Part shown: piece by piece, positions 37,843 through 52,300 of the stretch
Layout: each line of letters opens with the position of its first letter
Numbering within the stretch: the first letter of the stretch is position 1
Assembly (NCBI GenBank): GCA_951406725.2
Contig: OX597818.1
Span: 141,980,001 to 142,044,000, forward strand
Direction of reading: 5' to 3'
Origin: Octopus vulgaris
Lineage: Eukaryota
Length of the DNA stretch: 64,000 nucleotides
Notes under the pieces: generated by a model
Seen by the model: the letters and a program-made list of their open reading frames with translations, nothing else
Told to the model about the DNA's origin: nothing
Database searches by the model: none
Position numbers and translations under genes: made by a program

Positions 37843-39147
37843 CACAGGGTGGCCACAAAGTCATGCACCATGGGAGATATCAAGTATACTTTATTAGCAA
37901 TGAAGTAGGTAATGTTGCAGCTTATAAGGATGAAATAGTTCCAATTTGAGGATTTTCTGCATTGTTGCTCAAGGTGTCATGCAGTGGGACTGAACCTGGA
38001 GCCACGTGGCTGGGAAGCAAGCTTCTTACCACACAGCCACACTTGGTGTGTGTATGTGTGTGTATATATATCCAAAAATATACTCAAAAATACATGAAGA
38101 TGAAGTGAAAGAACAGCAAATAGTGTGTATTAGTTTAATACTCAGGGAAAATGGGACAAATCTTTGAATGTTCCGAGGCTTCTACAGAAGAGGAAAGATG
38201 AAAAGAGAAAACAAATGGAGAGAGAGAGAGAGACAGAGGAAAAAGAACTTGTCTGAATTAAGTTACTGCATATTGAACTGACCGGAGGAGGGAGGCATGG
38301 ATGGCAGGTGAAACAACAGTTGTCTGACAAAGATGTGTGTGTGTGTATGGGCAAGTACAGGTGTGAGTATGAAGCTTATCCTGTGTGATTGAACCTCTTC
38401 CTCTTTTGGACCCTCATCTCCTTTCCAACCTACGTCTTGGACCATTGCCATCTCTCAAGGAATGACTGACTATCTTATCATGGAATTCCACCAGGATTAC
38501 CACTGGAACTTTAGAATTCTTGGATTACCACTTTCATGGATGTTACTGTGTACTGTTGTTGACTGCAAGTGCCATGTAAAAAGCACTCAACCCATTCTGT
38601 GGATTGGTTGGTATTAGGAAGGGCATCCAGCCATAAAAATCATGCCAAAACAGACACAGAAGCATGGTGCAGGCTCCTGCCTGGCCAGTTCCTGACAAAC
38701 TATCCAATCCATGCCAGCATGGAAGGAGGACATTAAAACTCTTTACTCTTGAAAGGAGGATGTTATACTCTTTTACTCCTTTACATGTTTCAGTCATGCT
38801 GGAGCACTGAAAATTGACCCCAGAACTTAGTCTTCATAAGCCTTGTGTTTATTCTGACTCTTTTGCCAAACTGCTAAGTTACAGGGATGTAAACACCAAC
38901 TCAGTTGTCAAGCAATAGTGGAGGGACAAACACAGACACACAAATACATACATATATACACCATATATATATACACACACACACCAGACTTCTTTCAGTT
39001 TCCATCGACCAAATCCACTCACAAGGCTTTGATTATCCAGAGGTTATAGTAGAAGACACTTGCCCAAGGTGCCACACAGTAGGACTGAACCTGGAACCAT
39101 ATATATGTAATGTGCACACACTGTCTTATATATATATATGTGTGTGA

Positions 39148-39199
<52 letters not shown>

Positions 39200-39204
39200 A
39201 TATA

Positions 39205-39400
39205 AAGTTAATCCAAACATGAAAGCACAAAAAAAAACACAACAACGCGAGGACGTGGAACAAAGTATTATTGGACGCTCAGGAAAGAAGGAGCGTTTAA
39301 CATTTCGAGCGGAGCTCTTCATCAGAAACATAGGAGAAGGAAAGATCCAGAGAAGGGAAGACAGGGGGGAAAAAAATCGCCAATGGTACACACACGGTCA
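39205..39400 (-). mobile_element. Family H1 element with hammerhead at 39295-39329
   Basis: Minus: GTTT-CTGATGA-A-GAGC(TCC)GCTC-GAAA-TG-T-T/AAAC. Confidence 0.75.
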
Positions 39401-39451
39401 TATATATAACCCATGCTAGCATGGAGAACGGACGTTAAACGATGATGATGA

Positions 39452-39486
<35 letters not shown>

Positions 39487-39487
39487 C

Positions 39488-39822
39488 AGCGTGGCTCAGT
39501 GGTTTGAGCGTCGAGCTTACAATCGTGAGGTTGTGAGCTCGAATCCTGGACCGGGCTGCGTGTTGTGTTCTTGAGCAAGACACTTTATTTCACGTTGCTC
39601 CAGTTCACTCAGCTGTAGAAATGAGTTGCGACGTCACAGGTGCCAAGCTGTATCGGCCCTTGCCTTTCCCTTGGACAACATCGGTGACGTGGAGAGGGGA
39701 GGCCGGTATGCATGGGCGACTGCTGGTCTTTCATAAAACAACCTTGCCCAGACTTGTGCCTTAGAGGGTAACTCTCTAGGTGCAAACCCATGGTCAGTGT
39801 CTGACCGAAGGGGGTCACCACC
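39488..39822 (+). mobile_element. tRNA-SINE family 4, young copy
   Basis: A box TGGCTCAGTGG, B-box-like GCTCGAATCC; flanking AATTTCAGC repeat. Confidence 0.88.
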
Positions 39823-41229
39823 AATTTCAGCAAAACAATTTAGATTCAAATGAATATGGTACTTAACTTAGATGCATCAGAATTTTTTTATGGTATTACC
39901 CGTAAAATTATGTGGGGTGATTATTTTTGGGTTATATATATATATATGTGTGTATATATATATATATACACATACACACACATACATATGTATAATGTGC
40001 ACACACTGTCTCTTGGATTTTAAAGTAACTTTGTGGCAAATCAAATTTAATTTCTACTTTTAATATTTTTGTTGATATGAGATAAACTAGACATGGGTCA
40101 GGGAAAAAGAAAATTGAGATCTTGTCATCACATGTGAACATTGATTATTAATATGTCACTCTAGTTGGAGAAAGAACTTGTAATCCTCCTCTGTCGATTT
40201 GCTAAAAATAACTGCAAGGCTTTTGCATGAATACAGACATTAATCAATATGACGTGATATTAATAAGAAAGACTTAAGTGTTTTACAGAGACAATTTAAT
40301 GTTGTCTTAAACCTGTATGCGTGGAACATCCTGTACTTCAGCATCTGAAATAGGAAGTTTTTGAAATGCAAAATGTATCTGATTCATTTGTGTACTGACA
40401 TGAAAATATGTGTTTTACTAAATATTATTGTTCCAGTCATGTGATTGCGACCATGCTGGAGCACTGCTTTGAAGTGTTTAGTCAGTGAAATTGACTCCAG
40501 TATTTATTTTATATTGCGTATTTTTTGTCAGTCTCATTTTGCCCAGCCTCTAAGTTATGAGGATGTAAATAAACTTTCAAACAATGACACACACACACAT
40601 TCTCTCTCTCTCTCTCTCTCCCTCCCTTAATAATATAATGCACATATGTATCTGCACAGTTAACATCTATCAAATTTACTCGAAAGGCATTTGTCAGCTC
40701 AGGACTATAAATAGAAAACATCTACTCAAGGTGCCTTGCAATGAGACTGAAACCACAAAATTGAGAAGCCAACTTCTTAACCACACAGCCATTCTCCTCT
40801 TCTTCTTTTTTTTTTTTAACATTCCAACATGTCTGTCTCCTCTTCTTTTGAAAACATTTCATCTGGGACCATCCAGTCTTTGTTAGAGCATTTTGAATGT
40901 AACCATCCCACCTTCTTTTAAACCAAATGTCTGTCATGTTACCCTTCTGTCTGTTTTATAAATATACAAGAGTACCCAATCCATCAATAATGATAAGAGA
41001 TATTGTTGAAGAATTACCCAATGAAAATTAATAATTATAGGATGGGGAAATGAATAAAAATGCCAAAATAGCAGGAAAATAAGAAAATTTCATTTATCAC
41101 TCCCAAAATACTATACAGGTATTCACTGTATTTGTCTTGCTATTAATTAACATATCTTATGAGGCATGACGAGGCACAAACACACCCTGGCCTTCTGAAT
41201 TTCCGATCTGTAATATCTGTGTTCCTAGC

Positions 41230-41650
41230 CCTAATCCAGATCAGGGCATTTCAAAGTGTAGACTACAGATACCGCAGTAGACCACATGCTAAAATAGTAT
41301 CGAAATTTCTTATGACTGTTGTAATGCCAGGCAAATCATTTGAATTTATGAACATTTAAACATCTGTGAGACAATGAAGATAGCAGAATGGTCTTCGGAA
41401 TACAAAAAGATAAACGAAACAACTCCAGCAAGTAAGTGGAGACTTTAGAAAGAGAGGATTTTATTGGTCTACATGGAAAAAAATATCAATTCAAACTTAG
41501 GTGTCATTGACTATAGTATGGCAGCAGCTTACCTCAACAAAAGAACTATTTGGGCTACAATAATGATGAAGAAATCTCTTATAAATGCTAATTGTCAAGT
41601 TTTAGGAATATTAAAATATTAGTTAAGCATTATGAAAGCAGAATGAACTT
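41230..41650 (+). pseudogene. Possible highly decayed piggyBac transposase remnant
   Basis: RPHAKIVSKF (like KPHxKxGIKF) and NSNLGVIDYSMAAAYLNKRTIW (like YNxxMGGVDxxD..YxxxRxTxRW). Confidence 0.35.
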
Positions 41651-41775
41651 TCGTCTCTGAAAGACAAACAGAACAACTAAGTAGAGACGCTTTGCAGTAA
41701 GAAAAGTAGAAATGCTGTTGGTTGAGAAGCGAATTTCTTTAACTTCACAGCTGTGCCTTCACATAGATATATGTA

Positions 41776-42664
41776 TTGGGTCATTCCATAAATAATGCAG
41801 TTTTTTCAATTGCATGAACCAGAAGTCGGAGGGGGATGATATAAACTACCTGCATCAACTTGCTATATAAGCAGGTAGTACTTTTACCTTGTACTTATTC
41901 TTAGTCCAAATTTTGAAGAGTGCAGTTTGATTTTAACAGTTATTTTTTTCAAAGCTATAATGGAAGTGACAAAGGAGCATATTCAGCATATTTTACTTTA
42001 TGAGTTCAATAAAGGCAACAATGCAGTGGAAAGTGTGAGGAATATTAATGCAGTATATGGGGGTTGGACAATAATCATAAGCCAGTGTCAACAGTGGTTG
42101 TAGAAATTCCGAGCTGGAAACTACAGCCTAGAAGACAAGCCTCATCTTGGAAGATCTGTAGAGCTCAATGAGGACGTCCTGCCAACTCTGGTGGAACAAA
42201 ATCCTATTGTAACTGTTGAGGAACTAGTAGAGAAACTTGGATTTGGTCATTTGGCCAGTCATTCAAGTCAGCGCTACAAGAAAAACAACCATCTTTGGTT
42301 TCAAGACAAAAGGTGTTCTTCCATCAGGATAATGCTTAGCCACATACAGCAAGGATGACATTCCAAAGGCTGGAGCCATTTGAATGGGAACTGATGCCAC
42401 ACCCACCATAATTACTGGACATTGCCCCCATATGATCATCATTTGGATGGAAAATATATGAATTCTGTAGATGAGCTCAGAACAGTACTAAAGGAGTATT
42501 TTTTGTGACGGACAAGTGAATTTTGGGAGAGGGGTCTTGCAAGTCTACCAGGAGCATTGTAGAAGATGAAGGAGAGTATATTTTAGATTAAAAAAGGACT
42601 TTATCTTAATTCTGAAAAATAATAGAAGTATTAAAAAAACCACATTATTTATGGGATGGCCCAA
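41776..42664 (+). mobile_element. mariner element, internally deleted
   Basis: TA-flanked TIRs TTGGGTCATTCCATAAATAATG / CATTATTTATGGGATGGCCCAA; MEVTKEHIQHILLYEFNKG..KFRAGNYSLEDKPHLGR; HQDNA*PHTA; stops present. Confidence 0.9.
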
Positions 42665-42702
42665 TACATATATATACTCTTACATATACACTATTTTATA
42701 TA

Positions 42703-43968
42703 TAGGGTTTGGACAAAATAATGGAGACACCATAAAATTTCAAACTAATTTATTTTAATATGGGGTAGGACCACTTTTGGCAGTAATTACAGTTTGAAGT
42801 CTATGAGATACGGAATTGTACAAAGTTTGAATCTTTTCCAAAGGAATTTTTGTCCATTCTTCAGCTAAAACAGTCTCTAGTTCTTGTAGTGATGATGGTG
42901 GAGGATATCGACTCCTTACTTGTTTTTCTAAACTGCACCATAAATGTTCAATAATATTGAGATCTTGAGACTGTGGTGGCCTGATAAGATGTTCAACTTC
43001 ACTAGAATGTTCCTTGTGCCATTCAGTAACAACTTTAGCTGTGTGAATTGGTGCATTATCATCCTGAAAGATTGTGTTTCCCTACAGAAACAGTTCCGCA
43101 ACCATAGGATGAATTTGATCAGATTAAATGCTTAAATAGTCTTGACTATTAATTCTGCCATGAAGAGAAACCATTGGGCCGGTGGCTTTCCAAGATATAG
43201 ACCCCCCCCCCACCAGATCATCACAGATCCTCCTCCATGTTTAACAGTTGGAAGAAGGCAGTCTGGGTCAAATGCTTCTTTTGGCTGTCCCCACACGTAT
43301 ACTTAGCTGGTAGTCAGAAATAAGGTAAAGGATGACTCGTCTGAGAAAATAACGTTCTTCCACTGCTCTAGGGTCTAATTCTGTAGGTTTTTACTCCACT
43401 CTAAACATTTTGCAACGTTTATTTTTGAAAGTAGTGGTTTTCTGACTGCATCCCTCCTGTGAAATCCAGCTTTGTACAGCTCCCGGTAAACGGTTTTTGT
43501 GGAACTGGGTTCTTGAGGTGTCATTAAGCTCTGGAGTAATTTTGGGAGCTGTACTTTTGTGATCCTTTCTAACAACTCGTGTAAGAGTCCAGCTATCTGA
43601 AAGTTTTGGTTTTCTTCCGGAGTTTTGTTTGTACAAGAAGGTTTTTTCCTCTTTCTCAAAAGCTGTCATTACTTTTGAGACAGTACTTCTTGATACACCA
43701 AACATTTCGGCTGTTTTCATTATGCTAGCACCTGTCATATGAACACCAACAATTTGACCTCTTTGAAAGTCCGATAGGTCTGTCATTTTACTGAATTTTA
43801 ATTACTTTTTTTCTGATGATATCTGAAAAAAAACAGCAATTTTAGCAAAACATATTAAGCAACACAAATAATAAATCAAAACACATAAAAATAAACAAGC
43901 TTTTGATGGTTTTATAGATATTTAAAAATTGTGATGCTAGATGTTTCCATTATTTTGTCCAACCCCTG
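42703..43968 (-). mobile_element. Tc1-like DD36E (Incomer-type) transposon, full length but decayed
   Basis: TIR CAGGGGTTGGACAAAATAATGGAAACA with TA flanks; MTDLSDFQRGQIVG..GRKPKLS; FQDDNAP followed by 36 aa to the E of DLNIIEHLW. Confidence 0.9.
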
Positions 43969-44794
43969 TATATCATCATCCTTTAATGTCCGTTTTCCAT
44001 GCTGGAATTGGTTGGGCATACATGCACACCGCACACTTATATGTGCAAACATAGCTGTGTGGTTAAGAAGTTCGCTTCCCAAACATGTAATCTTGAGTTC
44101 AGTCTCACTGCACAGCACCTTGGCCAAGTGAGGTAGCTGACCAAAGTCTTGTGAGTAGATTTGGTAAATGGGAATGAAAGAAGGCATGTGTATGTGCATT
44201 TATGTCGTACACTTGTTGACCTCATGGCTGTAAATACACATCATCACCATACAAGTGAGGTTGCTTGTTTCAAATATTCTGTGAAAGTCATGTCTTGCAA
44301 TAGGAAAATATTATCTTGCTTGGAAACAGTTGAGAGTTGGTAACAGAAAGGACATCCAGCTATAGAAAATCTGCCTTAATGAATTCTCTCTGCTCCATGC
44401 ATGCGTAGGAAAGTGGACATTAAATTATTAAAATGTATGTTTGTTCATTTAACATACGTTTTCCCATGCTGGTATGGGTTGAATGCTAACTTATTTGAGG
44501 TTGCATTTTTATAGTGAAATGCTGTTCCTGTTGTCATCCCTAAAGTTGTGGAATTTAATTTCAACATCCATGCACATATGTTCAAAGATACACTTATATT
44601 ATCATCATTATCATCACCATTTAATATCCATCTTCCATGCTGGCAAGGTTTGAACTGCTTGGTAGGATCCACGAAGTTGGAGTACTGCTTCACACTCTAA
44701 TGTCTATTTTGGCATGGTTCCACAGCAGGATATCCTTCCTAACACCAACTACTTTATAGAATCTATACCCATGCATTATATTACATATTTATAC

Positions 44795-45180
44795 ATGGCT
44801 GTGTGGTAAGAAGTTTGCTTTCCAATCACATGCTTCCAGGTTCAGTTCTACTGCATGGCACCTTGGGCAAGAGTCTTCTATTATAGCCTTGGGCTGACCA
44901 AAACCCTGTGAGTGGATTTGGTAGACGAGAGCTGAAAGAAGCCTGTCGTATATATGTGTGTGTCTTTGTGTCTGTTTGTCCCCCATCATCGCTTGACAAC
45001 CAGTGTTGGTGTGTTTACATCCCTGTAACTTAGCAGTTCAGCAAGGAGACCAATAAAATGTGTTAGGACTTAAAAAATAAGTCCTGAGGTTGTATTGTTT
45101 GACAGAAACACTTCAAAGCAGTGTTCCAGCATGGCCACAGTCAATTGACTATAACAAATAAAAGAAAAAAAATAAAAGAA
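44795..45180 (+). mobile_element. tRNA-SINE family 3
   Basis: Full head to (AAAAG)-type tail; partly CpG-decayed. Confidence 0.85.
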
Positions 45181-46175
45181 TATACTGATTAGACTTGACA
45201 TACACAAATAGAAATACATAAACATACACAGCTATCAAGTGTGTATAATTTATTTTCGGTTTCCTGTTTTAGTTACTGACTTCGTTTTGGGTTGTTTTTT
45301 TTTTACTTGCTCTTCCATAAAATGTTTTGTGTTGACTTCTCATTCTTATCTGTGAATAGTAATTTATCAATATCCTATATATTCATACATAGCTAGACAA
45401 AACTATGCAGTATTATATCTAGTCACACTCCATATAAGCAGACACATACTATTGTATTCCTATTCAGACATATACACATGAATACATTTAATCTTTACAA
45501 GTTTATGAAGCTGTAAATAACATTGTCTGCTTTATTATGAGAATGTAATTCACACAGGTATATATTTCTGTTTTCTTTATCTTCTTCCTCTCCAGTTCTT
45601 ATACTAACACATGACTGATCTCTGTGTTCAACACTAGTTCAGGAGGTGGGGTGGAGGAATCTTCTTAAAGTTTTTTATATATATTTCACCCCTTCCTATC
45701 CAGATTTTTGTTATTATTTAAGTGAGCTCTATGATCAGTGGCATTCCAGTTGTAACTAGACTTAATAAATTTCCCAGTTTTACACCATCACCAGGCTTTT
45801 AAGTTGTTAGTGGAGTCCACTTTGATGCCAGTAGTCAGACCCAGTTCTTCATCAAAGGATAACTTTTCACCAGTTTTGGAGGCCCTGCAAAAGGGATATG
45901 AGGACTTCCCCTCCACCAGAGTTAAGCATTTATAAAAAAATTTGCCAAGTTGCTAAGAAATTTGTTTTGCAATCACAAGATCCCTGATTCAGTCTCACTG
46001 TGTGATGTCTTAGGAAAATGCCTTACCATAGCTCTGGGTTGAAGCAAGTCCTGTGAATGAATTTCCATAGATAAAAACTGTGTTGAAGCACATTGGATGA
46101 AGTGTACCTGCAAACTAAAAGTCCAACCTTGTCACACACAGCATCATACTGATTTTGCTTCAAAGCCACCATATT

Positions 46176-46575
46176 TGTTTACTCTTTTACTTGTTTCAGT
46201 CATTTGACTGCGGCCATGCTGGAGCACCGCCTTTAATCAAGCAACTCGACCCCGGGACTTATTCTTTTGTAAGCCCAGTACTTATTCTATCGGTCTCTTT
46301 TGCCGAACCGCTAAGTAACGGGGACATAAACACACCAGCATCGGTTGTCAAGCAATGCTAGGGGGACAAACATAGACGCACAAACACACACGCATATATA
46401 TATATATACATATATACGACGGGCTTCTTTCAGTTTCCGTCTACCAAATCCACTCACAAGGCTTTGGTCGGCCCGAGACTATAGTAGAAGACACTTGCCC
46501 AAGGTGCCACGCAGTGGGACTGAACCCGGAACCATGTGGTTGGTAAACAAGCTACTTACCACACAGCCACTCCTG
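46176..46575 (-). mobile_element. tRNA-SINE family 3, young copy
   Basis: Best-preserved copy, CpGs intact. Others near 38760, 40420, 49578, 52052 and 63608. Confidence 0.9.
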
Positions 46576-47099
46576 CTTGTGTATAAGTTGCTCTATTTTG
46601 TACTTGATGTTTAATGGACAAAACTGGGGTGTGACTTATACACAGAGCAAAGCTAAAGCTATGAAAAAAAAATATTGTACCAAGATTTAATATCAAATTG
46701 GGTGTTTGGTTTATACATGAGTAAATACTGTATGTTGTGTATATGTATATGAAATACTCAGATGCACATTCATTCAATGAGTAAGGTCGTTTGATCAACC
46801 ATTGAGACATTGTTCTTCATAGAAGACCTCACCACATGAGTCTTTAATCTGAGTTTGGTGTTGATAAATGTTGAAGAAAATAAGCAGCATGACAAAATGT
46901 AACTAAACACATTTGTAAATATATCAACAGATTGTCACACTGCTTTCGTTCAATCATTTGAATAATCAGCATTATGAAAGTCAGAGTAATAATTCAAGAA
47001 GCTTCAGGTTCAAAAGTAAAATACACACTTTACGTATTAAGCACTTTTCCTTTCATTTCTAAGCACATTGAATGTTGTATGTGTGTATATGTATTTGAT

Positions 47100-47815
47100 C
47101 ATGTTCAAAAGGTGCTTTTTATGGTTAGCACGTAAAAAACACCTTTTGAGCATGATCGTTACCAGCGTCGCCTTACTGGCATTTGTGTCAGTGGCACATG
47201 AACAAAACATTCGAGCGAGGTCGTTGCCAGTGCCACTGGACTGACTCCTGTGCAGGTGGCAAGTAAAGAAATACCATTTTGAGCGTTGCCATAGCCAGTA
47301 CCACCAGACTGGCCCTTGTGCAGGTGGCACGTAAAAGCACCCACTGCACTGTGGAAGCTCTGCCAGATATGAGTGGAGCCTGGTGCAGCCATCTGGTTTG
47401 CCAGTCCTCAGTCAAATCGTCCAACCCAAGCTAGCATGGAAAGCGGATGTTAAAGGATGATGATGTTGATGATATATATATATATATACACACACTGTGC
47501 TTGAGGAGACCTATTGAGTCAAGTACATCAACATCAAAAAATCAAGTGGAAATTGTAGTTGTGATACCTGTGCTGGTGGCATGTAAAAAGCACCATCCGA
47601 ACGTGGCTGATGCCAGCACTGCCATGACTGGCTTCTGTGCCGGTGGCATGTACAAAGCACCAACCGATTGTGGCCATTGCCAGCCTCGCCTGGCACATAA
47701 AAAGCATCCACTACACTCATGGAGTTGTTGGCATTAGGAAGGCCATCCAGCTGTAGAAACACTGCTAGATCAGACAGGAGCCTGGTGCAGCCTCCTGGCT
47801 TCCCAGACCCTGACA
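47100..47815 (+). mobile_element. Composite RTE-tailed repeats (two units)
   Basis: GGCACGTAAAAGCACC sub-repeats, GGAGCCTGGTGCAGCC, AGCATGGAAAGCGGATGTTAAA-(GAT)n tail. Confidence 0.7.
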
Positions 47816-48417
47816 AGATGTTGAGTGAGTTTGAATGTTATTATTCTTGGTGTAATGGTAATAGTAGTCAAAAAGTTAGCTGCTGGTTGTTGTGTTGCTG
47901 TCACTGATTTAGCTGCTGTGTGGCATCTCTTTTGGCTGTCTCCTTTGGTGACTTGTCAATGCTCTCTGTCAAATAGTTAAGAAGTCCTGAATATATACTG
48001 ATGGACAGGCCGAGAGAGAAAGGCATTAAAAAATTTGAGTTATTGTTGGATCCAGTTCTAGATGTAGTCATGATTGATTGGCCAGATTTTGTTGATCACG
48101 TGGATAATAGTGTAATGAGTTGCAACATCAAATATAGTGATCGGACTGCTGAATATTCCCACTACAGATATATATATATAAAATGTTAAATTTCAGCCAT
48201 CACCCCTTTGTTCATTTGTTTGTTTACATGCATTTTCTCCTTCCTAACATGTGTTAGACAAGTATATTATTGAGGTATTGTTATATATCCAGATACTTTT
48301 TCTGTCAGTAACCCTTAACTTTTTTCAAATAAGTGATTTCTTATCCTCCAATATGTAAAGCTAGTGCATGATGTGTTGACAAGGAAGTGAGAGTAATGCC
48401 ACTGCTTCTAGGCTACC

Positions 48418-48467
<50 letters not shown>

Positions 48468-48618
48468 TACATACATACATTGACACATGCATGTATATAC
48501 TAACACAAACACAGCAAGTTTCTCTGTTTCCATCTACCAAATTTATTTACGTGGTTTGATCAACCCTGGGCTAGTATAGAAGATACATGCCTAAACTACC
48601 ACACATGGGACTAAGTCC

Positions 48619-48756
48619 AAAGTCAGCTGCAATTATAGGCACAGACTTAGTTGTGTGGTTGAGAAATTCACTTTTCTATAAGTCCAAAGCTACATATAGA
48701 AAAGTGAATTTCTCAACCACACAACAAAGTCTGTGCCTGTAATTGCAGCTGACTTT
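48619..48756. repeat. 62-bp-arm inverted repeat with 14-nt spacer
   Basis: 48619-48680 is the reverse complement of 48695-48756 with 2 differences. Confidence 0.95.
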
Positions 48757-50310
48757 TGTTAATTTGTCAGCACGATACAGAATTTGCTGAACTAAACTGT
48801 TAGCTGTCTATTTACTAAACAGTAGTAATATCTGTTGTAAATTAAACCCTTTCACTTGTTCCTAATTAATACTTTGCTCCTTGTCACTGTTAAGGTTGAA
48901 ATGTCACCACCTCCACCTCATGTTAAATGTGGACAGGTAGCAATTAGTTAAGTAATACTTATAATATTTGATTATAGGAATTGTCTTTTAATGGCATTTA
49001 GTTGTGTGATTAAGAAATTTGCTTAAAAATGGTTTGGGGCTCAGTTCCGTTGAGTGATGATACCTAGAGTAAGTATCTTCTATAATAACTTGAGAATAAC
49101 TAAAGGTTTGCGAGTGAAAAGTGATTGATGGAAGCTACATTTGAGATGGACTGTTCTTGTTCTTGGCTAACAGACAATCTCTCACCCAGCTTAACACTCT
49201 TACCTGGTCCATTGGACATCATTAATGCCATCCACTCTTTTGCAAGCATTCAATTCAGGTCTGTGGTTTGAGGATAACTTCCACCTTTTCATTTGCTTGA
49301 GAGACACTGAAAAGGGTCATTGGTTTCTGCCCTTTTCTGACAAAGCAGTAAAAAAAAACATGGATAAAAATACCTGGTTATTCCTGACAGAGGGCACCTA
49401 TTATCAAAGGTATTTGCAGTTATGACCGGACCATCCCATTTTCTTTTTTCTTCTATGTACAGTATATCTAGGGCACGACATTATCAAACTATTCTCTTTT
49501 TTATAAACATTAGGAAGTGATTTGAGAGAAATTTGGTTGCTGTTTCTAGTAGGACAAGCAACCACATAGTGAACTATTTCTTTTACTTGTTTCAGTCATT
49601 AGACTGTATCCATGCTGGGGTATCGTGTTGAAGAATTTTTAGTCGAATGGACCAATTTCAGTATTTATTTTTAAGCCTGAAACTTATTCTATCGGTTTCT
49701 TTTGCTGAACTGCTTAGTTACAGGGTTGTCAAACAGTGGTGGAGTCAAGCACACTCATAAAGACATACACACATGCATGCATATATATTTATGATGGACT
49801 TCCTTCAGTTTCTGTCTACCAAATCCACTCGCAAGGCTTTGGTCTGCCCAAGGCTATAGTAGAGGACACTTGACCAAGGTACCATGAAGTAGGACTGAAC
49901 CCAGAACCATGTGGAAGGGAAGCAAGCTTCTACCACACAGTCACACCTGTTCCTATATCTCATTTTTTATAAAATTTTTGTGGTAGAAAATTGTGAATTG
50001 ACTGAAATATTTCAGTATTTAATGTTGGTCTCTTTTCATTCTGAATTAACATTGTGGTGGATGTTAAAGACCCAGACACTTAATTCTAGCTGACCTCTTT
50101 CTATCTAACTGTAGCTACAACTTGTCTCTGTACGTAAAAGGAAGTAGTTCTGTGCGGTTAATGTGTGTTTCACTGAATACAGTACTTTGTTCAAGTTTCC
50201 ACCTCAAACTAGAAACCTAGACATTGTAGTTTTAGACCATGAGCTTATTAGGAGGCCTCATGAGTAGCTTGGAAGAACATTTATTGAGCAATGGTAGCAG
50301 TATATGAACT

Positions 50311-50609
50311 TGGAGGCGCAATGGCCCAATGGTTAGGGCAGCGGACTCGCAGTCGTAGTATCGCTGTTTCGATTCCCAGACCTGGACGTTGTGAGTGTTT
50401 ATTGAGCGAAAACACCTAAAAGCTCCACGAGTCTCCGGCAGGGGTGGTGATCCCTGCCGTACTCTTTCACCACTCTTTCTCCCACTCTTTCTTCTGTTGG
50501 CCTGCTCGCTTAGCCAGCATCATTCGAAGGCTAAAACAATGCGAACGCATTGTGACCAGCGATGTGTAACTACATCTGATGGACTGGTCGGTCACGTGAT
50601 CACGTGATA
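50311..50609 (+). mobile_element. SINE family 1 head with third tail type C
   Basis: Same head, then GGCCTGCTCGCTTAGCCAGC..GGTCACGTGATCACGTG; flanked by ATATGAACTT on both sides. Confidence 0.85.
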
Positions 50610-52263
50610 TGAACTTATGAATTATCAGTGTTCTACAGCTTCACTCTACTCACTCAGTTTCCTGTACACACATTCATTCACTCTCTCTCTCTCTCTCCCC
50701 TGCACACTCACACACACTTAGTCTCCTGCCCGCACACTCAATCCATTTCCTTGTATGCACATACACTTGCTCAGTCTCCCATGCATGCTCACTCAATCGC
50801 AAACTCATTTCATGACCCTTACACACTTGCCTCATTCACCACCTTACCCTTTGCCTCACTCATTTCCACACCCCTATCTCATTCTCGCTCACCCTCCTCA
50901 CTTTAACTCCATTTACTCATCCCACTAACCCAGCCACTCACCTTAAACACATCTTCCTACCTCTCTCACTTTGTCCTTCCACTCCATTATTATTAGATAT
51001 TGATCAACCGGATTTCATACTGATTCCTTTGCTGGCTTTAACCTCCTCTAAGAGGAACTGCAGTAATTTAAATAAACCCAAACTACTGTGTGGAAAGACA
51101 GTGGTACAATTTTTACATTCTATTAAGGAAGAAGTGTGCAAGTTCAGATTGTTAAGATATTTTTTTAATGATTTTAGTCACACCACTCAGAACTCTATTT
51201 TCCTTTCTTTGATAAAGAGCTTCTGCTCAAAACATTATACAACTTCTTTTCTTCGCGCTAACTACATTTTATTTAAATTATGACACTTTATCATTATTTG
51301 TTGCTGACACACATTCTTGTTGCTTCTGTTGGATTTTGAATTTTTACCTTAAATTCCGTCTTGGAAAATAGGGGTAGAACCATCTTATAACAATTCTACT
51401 TGTTCCTCTGTTACTTAGCCCATCCATAATGCTTCTATGTGATTAGTTGAAAGGTGAGGGGGAAATAGGGGAGGGGGTGAGTGAAATGTGTAATTTCTTT
51501 TTTAACTAATTTATTTCTCCACTACTTAGCCCATCTTTAATGTTTTCACGTGATTAGTTGAAGGGAAAGGCAAAGAGCAAAAGAAAAAGGAGAGAGAAAA
51601 AGAGGACAAGGCAAAGAGTGAGGGAGAAAGAGGGGGAGTGCTGTGTATTAAGTCTATAAAATTGTCATAAAGTATATAAACTGCATTAAGTAATAATCGT
51701 ATTGCAATTTCCTTCCCTTTTCAATGGCTAGTAGGTGAATGACTATCTTTTGACACAGACACAACACAGGCTTTGCCTTCAGGTTTTCTGGATAAAATTT
51801 TCAGAAATAACCCAATAAGTTTACTGTTAATTCCATGAAATATTCACAGGTCCCACTAGTTAGAGCATTAATGCCTCATAGTATTTGTTCCCTCCTGAAT
51901 AAAACATGTAACAAAATCTAGTCACATATTTGGCTCTATTTCAGAGATAATTTTATCTGTACCCCAACTTTCTTGAGGATTCTCATTCCTGAAAAGTTTT
52001 ATATTAACTTTCCCCATTTCTCACATGAAATACATATGTATGGTATTCTTTTCTTTCATTCTTTCATTTGTTTCAGTCATTTTGACTGTGGCCATGCTGG
52101 AGCACCACCTTGAAGAGTTTTAGTCGAATAAATCAACTCCAGAACATTTTTTTTTAAGCCTAGTACTTATTCTATCAGCCTGTTTTGCCGAAATGCTAAG
52201 TTACGGAGACATTAACATACCAACACCAGGCGTGAAGCAGTGATAGGGAGACAAATACCCATC

Positions 52264-52300
<37 letters not shown>

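Noticed and set aside
45570-45650. Possible internal exon after a strong polypyrimidine-CAG acceptor at 45595
   Set aside because: Weak donor, no recognisable coding signal and no transcript evidence.
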